Part shown: in pieces, positions 17,041 through 24,350 of the stretch
Layout: each line of letters starts with the position of its first letter
How positions within the stretch are numbered: the first letter of the stretch is position 1
Source: a virus
Lineage: Duplodnaviria; Caudoviricetes
Virus record (IMG/VR): IMGVR_UViG_3300020045_011739
Span: 1-41,687 of that record
Strand: one strand, 5' to 3'
DNA length: 41,687 nucleotides
Notes under the pieces: model-generated
Seen by the model: only the letters and a program-made list of their open reading frames with translations
What the model was told of the DNA's origin: nothing
Database searches by the model: none
Position numbers and translations under genes: made by a program

Positions 17041-18584
17041 AAAAGCTCATCTTCTGAGATAGTATGCCACTGGAGACCCAGCTTATCTCTACCTTTATAG
17101 AATTCATCTGATACTGTGATGGTAAAACCGCCATTATCAGTCTTAGCGATGTTGCCCAGATAGCCCATGCCGTTATGTTTATAAGATTTTATAAAATCTT
17201 CCACCTTGGCGTTCTGAGGGAAGGGGAAACGACTTCCACGTTCTTTGTGTTTCATTTTTAAAATATCGTCGTCGATTGTGTCATAAATTCCCGTGGTGAC
17301 TTCATCCACGACACACTTAGACCACTCAGGCAATGAGGTATAACATAGTTTCCAAAAGTGATTTCCTTTGAAGACTGAGAATTCATTTCCTTTAGGTTTA
17401 CGGTACATAAGCCAGTACCCTAGATTTCTGACTAGATCCATATTCTCTAATGAAGATAGGAGAAAGTCGATCTTAGCTTTACCCCATGCTTCGTCTAACT
17501 TTTTCTCGGATATATCCATAACTGAGAATCGTCTATCATCCCACTCAATTCTAATATCAGATAAGTTATTTGATGAAATTATGAAGGAGTTATAGGTAAC
17601 TACTGTATCTCCTACGTCAACACCTTTGAACTCAATTGCTTGATCGGCATTAATATATTTTTTTAGCTTGGCAATTTTCTCAGCATCGTTGATAGGCATT
17701 TCATCTAGTACAATCATACGGCTATTGACTAGCATAGCATTGAAGTTAGATTCAAGGGCGCTAGGTGCTGCTTGCTTCCAGTTCTTTTCTCCTAGTAATA
17801 TTCTGCATATCTTATCGGTAAAAATACCTTTGCCTATGCCTTTAGCTCCGTTGAGGACTAGATAGGTCTCACAGCGTTTAGTCATGGCAAAATGAAGCCA
17901 ATCTAGGGCAAACTCCCTTGATTCATCTGAAGGGAATAAAGTTTTAAAAAAATCTTCAAATATGCTAGGCAAGATAGCTTGGTCTTTTTTCTCTTTATCT
18001 GATAGGGCGTTCCCTAACTGCCACTCAGGTCTGTTGTAAGTATTGACCTTATTGACTGTCTGTCCCCTATATTCCGTAAAACCTAATTTCTCTGGATTAT
18101 ATGGGTCAAAAGAGATAATCCCAAATAGGGGAGATTGTTGCATCCCTTTGGGTAGGAATTTTTCATAGTTTTTAAAGCTTAATGGATAGATTTCTTTAGT
18201 TTGAGCGTGGACAAAGGTCACTTGTCCGTCTTTATCTACCGACACGAAAGGTCTTAGCTGGGAATAGTCAAAGCTATTAAACCCATCGGCAGACATAAAA
18301 GCATCCCTAGTTGCTTGGGTAGCGTAGAACTTAATCGCCATTCTCAGCGTTTCCCATAGTATAACAGAAGGTTTTATAATATAGGGGATATTTCTGTGAG
18401 AGGAGAATGTGTCATCCCGTAGTAGTTCCGCCATAAACTTATCAAAGTTTTTATGGTTGATAGTTTCTGAGTTCACTTTTACGTTATATGTTCCGTTACT
18501 TTTTGTGACTACAACTGATCTATTTTTATATAAGTCATACACGAACGAATCTATCGCTCTTTTTGTTTCTTCGCTGATATCCAT
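17037..18584 (-). CDS. SF3 replicative helicase (D5/NrS-1-type C-terminal domain), no recognisable primase domain
   Basis: Walker A GAKGIGKG, Walker B IVLDE, motif C ISSN, arginine finger DDRRF; TTGGAG SD before ATG 18584. Confidence 0.85.
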   Translation of the reverse strand: MDISEETKRAIDSFVYDLYKNRSVVVTKSNGTYNVKVNSETINHKNFDKFMAELLRDDTFSSHRNIPYIIKPSVILWETLRMAIKFYATQATRDAFMSADGFNSFDYSQLRPFVSVDKDGQVTFVHAQTKEIYPLSFKNYEKFLPKGMQQSPLFGIISFDPYNPEKLGFTEYRGQTVNKVNTYNRPEWQLGNALSDKEKKDQAILPSIFEDFFKTLFPSDESREFALDWLHFAMTKRCETYLVLNGAKGIGKGIFTDKICRILLGEKNWKQAAPSALESNFNAMLVNSRMIVLDEMPINDAEKIAKLKKYINADQAIEFKGVDVGDTVVTYNSFIISSNNLSDIRIEWDDRRFSVMDISEKKLDEAWGKAKIDFLLSSLENMDLVRNLGYWLMYRKPKGNEFSVFKGNHFWKLCYTSLPEWSKCVVDEVTTGIYDTIDDDILKMKHKERGSRFPFPQNAKVEDFIKSYKHNGMGYLGNIAKTDNGGFTITVSDEFYKGRDKLGLQWHTISEDELL

Positions 18585-18619
18585 TATTTTCTCCAAGTCT
18601 TTAATGAAACGTATTGACT

Positions 18620-18648
18620 AAGTTAAATCTCGTTTGATAGATTGTAAA
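18620..18648 (-). promoter_or_regulatory. Sigma70-like promoter for the helicase operon
   Basis: TTTACA-17 bp-TAACTT. Confidence 0.55.
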
Positions 18649-18686
18649 CATCTAATCAGAGTTTCTCTCCAGTCGCTCAGTTAGTT

Positions 18687-18727
18687 AAAAGCTCAGTAGG
18701 TTAAAATCTACTGAGCTTTTTTGTTTT
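18687..18727. terminator. Intrinsic terminator ending the early block (possibly bidirectional)
   Basis: AAAAGCTCAGTAG-N8-CTACTGAGCTTTT immediately after the 18731 stop. Confidence 0.8.
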
Positions 18728-18730
18728 CGG

Positions 18731-19297
18731 TTATAGGAGTTCTAGAGCATCATTAAAAACTTCTTTTAGGGAATCTTCGTACCTATCCTTTGCTTTTTTT
18801 ATAAAAGCTTCTTTGTCGGAGTCATTTAAGGAAAAGAAGTACGCGACAAGTATTTTGAAAATATAATCTCTCTTATTTGTCTTTGGAAGAAGGGGGGAAT
18901 TGTAGGAATATGTTTCTACTTCTGTAAGTATCTTTTCAGGCAATGCTCTCACTACTAGGTTGCATCTTCTCATGTCTGTGGGTGCTTTTCTCTGGGTCTG
19001 TGGTTCTTTAGATTTCACCAGCACGGAAGTGGATAGGAATAAACCTTTAAATGAGTATATGATTTCCTGCGATTGATCTTTTGATACCCTAACTAGGTAT
19101 TTCTTCTGGCCCTTAGGAATTGAGAGTGAGTGATAGGTTGTGAGAAAATCCACTAACTGCATAGAGGAATATAATGTCTGAAATGTGGTTTTCTTATTGT
19201 TTCCTTTTCTCAAGTAAATTTTAAAAATATCATCAGTATAATGATAGATAGGCATTCCGACGATTGGGTCATTGGTGTGTGTTTTTACTCTTTCCAT
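18731..19297 (-). CDS. Basic hypothetical protein, possible DNA-binding regulator
   Basis: Lys/Arg-rich; AAGGAG SD; C-terminal strand-helix-helix-like pattern (weak). Confidence 0.65.
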   Translation of the reverse strand: MERVKTHTNDPIVGMPIYHYTDDIFKIYLRKGNNKKTTFQTLYSSMQLVDFLTTYHSLSIPKGQKKYLVRVSKDQSQEIIYSFKGLFLSTSVLVKSKEPQTQRKAPTDMRRCNLVVRALPEKILTEVETYSYNSPLLPKTNKRDYIFKILVAYFFSLNDSDKEAFIKKAKDRYEDSLKEVFNDALELL

Positions 19298-19298
19298 A

Positions 19299-19547
19299 TT
19301 AGTTGTCTCCTTTAAGTCTATATGTATGCTCCATTTCCATTAAGTCTCTAATAGTTTCTGTGAGGTCTTCTGCTGCTTCCTCTATCTCATCTAGTGCATC
19401 CTGCTCTTTGGCGATACACTCACGGCATATGTATTCGTCTGCCTCGGGGTCGTAGGCAACTGCATAGGCAGTTCCACAGGTATTGCATAGGACAGGGATC
19501 ATGAGTCGGGTATTACCTCTTTTTTGTGACAGCTTGGTGTAGCTCAT
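19299..19547 (-). CDS. Zinc-ribbon protein
   Basis: CNTC...CREC followed by an acidic coiled coil; GAGGAG SD. Confidence 0.75.
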   Translation of the reverse strand: MSYTKLSQKRGNTRLMIPVLCNTCGTAYAVAYDPEADEYICRECIAKEQDALDEIEEAAEDLTETIRDLMEMEHTYRLKGDN

Positions 19548-19595
19548 ATTATATCTCCTCGCGTTAGGTTTTATTTGTGTGGTTTATTTGCTTAG

Positions 19596-19916
19596 TTACC
19601 AATTGAGGCAGTAGTGAGTTCCATCTTCTTCTTTCCATTGAAATAGGGAATCTTTCTTAACCTGCTCCATGTTGTGGTGTTTGTAGTCAATAGGTGTAAC
19701 AATCTCAGCATTAATGTCATAGTTGTCTGCTAGGTTTGAAACGTCGATTAGATCAGAGGTACTCACTCCGATGTCTGCTAGTAGTTGTGCCATAGCTTCC
19801 TTTTCTGGCTCACTCATCTCATGGTGAAAATCTACGGTACGGGCAGCAATGCGCTCTACTAGGTCTAGTGCTTGTTCGTGGGTTAGGTAGCTGATAGTTT
19901 CATTTTGCTTATTCAT
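19596..19916 (-). CDS. Acidic early hypothetical protein
   Basis: AACTGGAG SD. Confidence 0.75.
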   Translation of the reverse strand: MNKQNETISYLTHEQALDLVERIAARTVDFHHEMSEPEKEAMAQLLADIGVSTSDLIDVSNLADNYDINAEIVTPIDYKHHNMEQVKKDSLFQWKEEDGTHYCLNW

Positions 19917-19949
19917 GTTAGTTTCTCCAGTTTGTTGTTATTTGTGACT

Positions 19950-20183
19950 CTATGCCTTAGCTCTTTTATATGTAGCTTTGAATTGTTCTTTCTGGTTGAG
20001 TTCAAATTGTTTCAGATCTCTTTGGCTATCAAGTTCGTTTCTGCGCCATAGCTCTGACTCTAGTTCTTCTCTAACGGGATGATAGTCTGCGCCGTCTATT
20101 CCAGTGCAGTGGTGACTGTCTACGATTTCTTGGAGCTTCCAGGTGGGAATAGATGCTAGGTTTCTGTAGGTTTGTTTGCTCAT
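19950..20183 (-). CDS. Early hypothetical protein
   Basis: GAGGT SD. Confidence 0.7.
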   Translation of the reverse strand: MSKQTYRNLASIPTWKLQEIVDSHHCTGIDGADYHPVREELESELWRRNELDSQRDLKQFELNQKEQFKATYKRAKA

Positions 20184-20185
20184 GG

Positions 20186-20386
20186 CTATACCTCTTTGAA
20201 GTTAGGTTTATAGGCTATTGCATCTAGGTATTTGGCAAGTAGTTCGTTGAAATAGATATCGGATAGTTTGCCATCCTGCCAGTCTTTAAGGTCATGTTCT
20301 AGGTCTGGCAGTTCGTGTGCCATAGTGCCAAGTTTATCTTCAATTAGTTCTAGTCGTTTAAAAATAAGTCTTTTGGTTATGCTCAT
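20186..20386 (-). CDS. First early hypothetical protein
   Basis: AACTGGAG SD; directly downstream of the leftward promoter. Confidence 0.7.
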   Translation of the reverse strand: MSITKRLIFKRLELIEDKLGTMAHELPDLEHDLKDWQDGKLSDIYFNELLAKYLDAIAYKPNFKEV

Positions 20387-20440
20387 GTTTGCTCTCCAGT
20401 TAATTGGGTGGGTCTTACCTTTTAGGATAAGATCTATTGT

Positions 20441-20469
20441 GTTTTAGCATAGGTTTGAAAATGAGTAAA
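20441..20469 (-). promoter_or_regulatory. Leftward early sigma70-like promoter
   Basis: TTTACT-17 bp-TAAAAC with an extended -10 TGn. Confidence 0.55.
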
Positions 20470-20590
20470 GGAAAAAGTGTAGGTAGGTAAATCTTTCAAA
20501 GTAGGATAAAGCTTTAACCCATTCACAGTGCAGCAATAGGAAAATGAAAAAGTGTGATGTAAGAAACAAATAGATATAGTTTAAAATCAT
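20444..20590 (-). CDS. Possible 48-aa hydrophobic protein
   Basis: GAGGAG 6 nt before ATG; Phe/Leu-rich; could be chance in purine-skewed DNA. Confidence 0.3.
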   Translation of the reverse strand: MILNYIYLFLTSHFFIFLLLHCEWVKALSYFERFTYLHFFLYSFSNLC

Positions 20591-20890
20591 GGGCAACTCC
20601 TCATTAGTACATATTACTTGCATAGCAGTAAATGATGTAAGAATTTAAAAATATATACGAAGCTACTTTAGGAAGACATCGGTTTGGAGGGGATTAGGAT
20701 CTGTAAGCGTATAATTTCACTCAATGGTATATATTAAAAAGTCACGCGAAATAAGAGAAAGTGATGTTAATACTATATAGGATAATATATCACTGCATAT
20801 CACTTTTCGGAGTGGTCGATTATTAAATAGGGTGATTTCGATGTTTTTTGACGTTTTTAGGATTTTTTATAGGTATCATTTTGATTTAAG

Positions 20891-20930
20891 TTATTTTAGA
20901 TTAATTTAGATTAATTTAGATTGGTTTAGT
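20891..20930 (+). repeat. 10-bp AT-rich tandem repeat TTAATTTAGA (2 perfect + 2 degenerate copies)
   Basis: TTATTTTAGA TTAATTTAGA TTAATTTAGA TTGGTTTAGT. Confidence 0.75.
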
Positions 20931-21042
20931 CATAGGTTGCTAGTTACTGGTATCAGGAAAATATTAAACATCGATACTAATAGTGTAAGGTGTATGTGTG
21001 TCTATACTAGGTATTAATGTATGCAGTGATAAATTATTGGTA

Positions 21043-21133
21043 TCTGGATGCTGTGGGTCTGGATGCTGTGGGTCTGGATGCTGTGGGTCTGGATGCTGTG
21101 GGTCTGGATGCTGTGGGTCTGGATGCTGTGGGT
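21043..21133 (+). repeat. Six perfect tandem copies of the 15-bp unit TCTGGATGCTGTGGG
   Basis: Copies start at 21043, 21058, 21073, 21088, 21103 and 21118; no spacers. Confidence 0.97.
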
Positions 21134-21246
21134 ACCCCCCCTAGTCGCTAGTGGTGTGGTTGTGTGTGTCTATAACCAACACGAAATTTTTTTTAGATTT
21201 TTAGAAATAACTAACGCAATACATCATATACTCTGTTACTTTTAAT

Positions 21247-21275
21247 TGGACACCAAATTACTTCTAAGGTTTAAT
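21247..21275 (+). promoter_or_regulatory. Rightward promoter candidate giving a leaderless terS mRNA
   Basis: TGGACA-17 bp-TTTAAT, 6 nt before ATG 21282; no SD present. Confidence 0.4.
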
Positions 21276-21281
21276 GGTTGA

Positions 21282-21758
21282 ATGAGCAACACGTACCACA
21301 TAAGTACGTCCTCAACAGAACTAAAGGAACTCAAGCTTAAATACTTAGAGTTAATCGCTGAAGGTTACGTTGAGAACGTAGCACTACAAAAACTAAACTT
21401 CCCTAAACATCTATATCTACGTGCTCTCTTAGAAGATTTCGACTTTAACAACAATGTTAATGAAGCTAGGAAACACCGTGCTGACTTCTGGGTATCTAAG
21501 ATCGCTACTGATGTAGATAAAGACTATGATAAAGAAGAGATTCCTTCTCAGAGACTTAAGTTTGATAAGCTTCAGTTCTTAGCTAGAGCAGATAACCCAG
21601 ATAAGTATGGGAATAACTCAAAAAAATTAGATATCAATATTGACCTTAAGCAATTTAGACTATTGCCTCCAGAGGAAGCTATGAGAGCTTTGGTTAATGA
21701 TCCATTTGCCCCCGTGGAAGTGGAATACAAGGAAGTAACTGATGAGGACTTACTATGA
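21282..21758 (+). CDS. terS: Terminase small subunit
   Basis: RLKFDKLQFLARADNPDKYG resembles the Sf6-type TerS oligomerisation helix; first late gene, upstream of TerL. Confidence 0.75.
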   Translation: MSNTYHISTSSTELKELKLKYLELIAEGYVENVALQKLNFPKHLYLRALLEDFDFNNNVNEARKHRADFWVSKIATDVDKDYDKEEIPSQRLKFDKLQFLARADNPDKYGNNSKKLDINIDLKQFRLLPPEEAMRALVNDPFAPVEVEYKEVTDEDLL

Positions 21759-21976
21759 AATTTAGAATGGGGGGGCAGGCCCATATAAGCTGCGAGGTAT
21801 TTACCTGCCTCGCACATCTTCAATCATCAGATTGTAGTAAAGAGATGGTAGCTGAGATGGAAAATTTTATTCCCAATCTTTCATTTAATTCTCATGCTGA
21901 AAGATTATTGGCTGAGGATATGTTTAAAAAGGCTTGGCTAATATCTAGATATTTGGAGAGAGAATATGAAATTTAA
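21755..21976 (+). CDS. Hypothetical protein
   Basis: ATGA-coupled to terS. Confidence 0.6.
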   Translation: MKFRMGGQAHISCEVFTCLAHLQSSDCSKEMVAEMENFIPNLSFNSHAERLLAEDMFKKAWLISRYLEREYEI

Positions 21977-22367
21977 AGACGACGTAGTGGCCGCTAGGTA
22001 CGACGATATGGCAGACTTGGCAAAGACAGTGGCAGAACATATGGATAACTATGCTAAGGAGAAATATGGAATCGAGATTATGCTCACAGCAACGGTATCA
22101 ACAAAAGAGGAAGACCTTGCGCTTAATCGAGAATCTGACACTCATCGCACTCGCCGTGCATTTGATGTTAGAACTAGAGATCTACCTGAGACCTTAATTG
22201 CAGAGCTATGTTCTATTACTCGTAAGAAATATGGAAGCTATGGAGCTTCGGTTAAAGGGGCACCTTCCTTGGTTGTTTACAAACCTCATGGCACAGGGCC
22301 GCACCTTCACGTCCAATTAAATAGAAAATATGCGCTACCAGTATTGACATACAAAAAGGATATCTAA
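21966..22367 (+). CDS. Peptidase M15-like (LAS family) zinc peptidase, probable endolysin
   Basis: SDTHRTRRAFD (S-x-x-H-x6-D) and PHLHVQ (HxH). Confidence 0.78.
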   Translation: MKFKDDVVAARYDDMADLAKTVAEHMDNYAKEKYGIEIMLTATVSTKEEDLALNRESDTHRTRRAFDVRTRDLPETLIAELCSITRKKYGSYGASVKGAPSLVVYKPHGTGPHLHVQLNRKYALPVLTYKKDI

Positions 22368-22576
22368 TGGCACGACCTAAAGGTTCAAAGAATAAAACCA
22401 ATGACGAGAAGATTCTAGACATCATCGAGGAAGTAAAAGAACTAGATGTATCTGAAGAAGCTAAACTAGAAGCTATCGATGAATTAGATGACCTGCTTGG
22501 CGGGAATATGGCGGAAGTGGATGGTAAAAAGTTTATCGGCTATCACCCAATCACAGGTCTAGAAATTTGGATCTAG
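22367..22576 (+). CDS. Small protein with an AT-hook-like N-terminus
   Basis: MARPKGSKNK followed by acidic helices. Confidence 0.7.
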   Translation: MARPKGSKNKTNDEKILDIIEEVKELDVSEEAKLEAIDELDDLLGGNMAEVDGKKFIGYHPITGLEIWI

Positions 22577-24075
22577 ATCAAGACCAAAGATCAGCGCAGT
22601 ATTTAGGTACTGTATTAAATGATCTCCATTCCGTCTTCACACCGCACGAAGGTCAAATCTTAGTTGGCAGATCATTATTCTACGACAAGAAGACTAGAGT
22701 ATTTGTTCGATGTGGTCGTAAGTGGGGGAAAACTACGGATGAGATTTATACCCTCTACCGTTGGGCAATGACCGTACCTAATGGTCAGTTCTATTACATA
22801 GCTCCATTTTACAACCAAGCTTCAGAGCTTATTTGGAAACCTAGATTTCTTCAAGACTTCCTATACAGACCTCTTAAAGGCATAGACCTAAGAAGTAAGT
22901 ATATCGAGGCAGAACATGAAACAGATAAGCGACTCATCTTTAAAAACGGATCATTCATCAAACTTCTTGGTTCAGATAACTATGAATCGGGTCGAGGTCT
23001 CACGCCAGACGGGGCAGTGTACGATGAGTTCAAGGATCATGATTACAGATTTCACGAAGGTTTTAAAGACAACCTTCTCCCTAAAAAAGCACCACTTCTC
23101 ATCGTGGGTACCCCGCCACCTACGTATGATCACTTCTTTGTAAGGACGGAAGAAGACTTCCGACTTGACCCCCGAGGTTCAGTCTTCAAAATGCCTACCC
23201 ACACGAACCCACACATTGATCCTGAGGAGCTTGCTTTAGAAAGAGAAGCTGCTATTCGAAAAGGAGAGTGGGCGAAGTATATGAGGGAGATCGAAGCAGA
23301 GATCATCCCTGGTGGAGCAGACGCTATCTTCCCCATGTTTACCATTCCTAAACTAAATCTCAAAGGAGAATTCGAAGGAGAATCGGATCACGTTAAGTTC
23401 TCTGCTACTTTGGATGACAGAGTTAACAAATATCCTAAAGACTACACCTACTATTGCGTGTTCGACCCAGGATCGGCATTAGTATTCGGGGTATTATTCA
23501 TAGCAGTACATAAATTTACCAAACAAGTCATAATCTTAGATGAGATATATGAAACAGACAGAGCACAGACTTCAGCTAAACGTATTTATCCTAGAGCGAT
23601 TAAGATCATGGAGAGATATCGCAAGACTGAGGAGTGGCATAAGATTTATGACCATGCTGCTACTTGGTTCCAGGTAGAAGTTAGTAATGAATTCAAAGTC
23701 GCCCTAATGCCTTGTACTAAAGATGTGAATAAAAAAGAAGTAGGGTTATCGGTAATTAAAGATTTCATGCTGGATAGGTTTGAAGATACGGGAGAACCTT
23801 ATTGGGTAGTGGCAGATAGGTGTAAGAAGTATATTTGGGAGACAACTAACTATGCAACAGATGAGCATGGCAAGATACCTAAAGAGAATGACCACTTACA
23901 AGACTGTAGCCGTTACGCCTCCAATAGTGCCTCTCTATCTACCGTTAGAAGGGTAAGACATCAAAGAGTCTCAGATAGAAGAATGTGGACAGATATAGAT
24001 TATATGCAGGATACTGACATCTTAGAAGAACCTATAGACTTCGATATCGAAGAAACGGAAGACTGGTATGAGTGA
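22567..24075 (+). CDS. terL: Terminase large subunit
   Basis: PHEGQ, CGRKWGKT Walker A, VYDE Walker B, VGTP, nuclease FDPG and ENDHLQD. Confidence 0.95.
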   Translation: MDLDQDQRSAQYLGTVLNDLHSVFTPHEGQILVGRSLFYDKKTRVFVRCGRKWGKTTDEIYTLYRWAMTVPNGQFYYIAPFYNQASELIWKPRFLQDFLYRPLKGIDLRSKYIEAEHETDKRLIFKNGSFIKLLGSDNYESGRGLTPDGAVYDEFKDHDYRFHEGFKDNLLPKKAPLLIVGTPPPTYDHFFVRTEEDFRLDPRGSVFKMPTHTNPHIDPEELALEREAAIRKGEWAKYMREIEAEIIPGGADAIFPMFTIPKLNLKGEFEGESDHVKFSATLDDRVNKYPKDYTYYCVFDPGSALVFGVLFIAVHKFTKQVIILDEIYETDRAQTSAKRIYPRAIKIMERYRKTEEWHKIYDHAATWFQVEVSNEFKVALMPCTKDVNKKEVGLSVIKDFMLDRFEDTGEPYWVVADRCKKYIWETTNYATDEHGKIPKENDHLQDCSRYASNSASLSTVRRVRHQRVSDRRMWTDIDYMQDTDILEEPIDFDIEETEDWYE

Positions 24076-24337
24076 AGCAATCAATTTTACAGCAATCATT
24101 ATGTCCACTATTACCCTAGTCACCTCCCTAGTAAGTATCGTATTGGTACTTGCTCAGAAGTGGTCGACGCATAAAATAGAGTGGAAACCTCTTACGGAAT
24201 TTGTGGAAAAAGAAGAAATCCAAACTGAGGAAGACTCAGACGAAGAGATCTTAGAAAAAGCACTGCTTCTACAGAAGGCTGGAAAGAAATCTAAATATAT
24301 TGATCCTCTAGCAGACATTGAATCAACCAACTTTTAA
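24068..24337 (+). CDS. Single-pass membrane protein between TerL and portal
   Basis: N-terminal hydrophobic helix followed by an acidic tail. Confidence 0.7.
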   Translation: MSEAINFTAIIMSTITLVTSLVSIVLVLAQKWSTHKIEWKPLTEFVEKEEIQTEEDSDEEILEKALLLQKAGKKSKYIDPLADIESTNF

Positions 24338-24350
24338 TTAAGGAAGACAT

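Noticed and set aside
21043-21133. CRISPR mini-array
   Set aside because: Repeats abut with no spacers and are only 15 bp.
21048-21245. ORF with (MLWVW)n repeats
   Set aside because: It is just the translation of the 15-bp DNA array; no SD and no synonymous variation between copies.
20387-21281. tRNA or structured ncRNA in the non-coding region
   Set aside because: No cloverleaf, T-loop or extended stems seen; composition is strongly skewed. A covariance-model search would be needed to exclude it fully.
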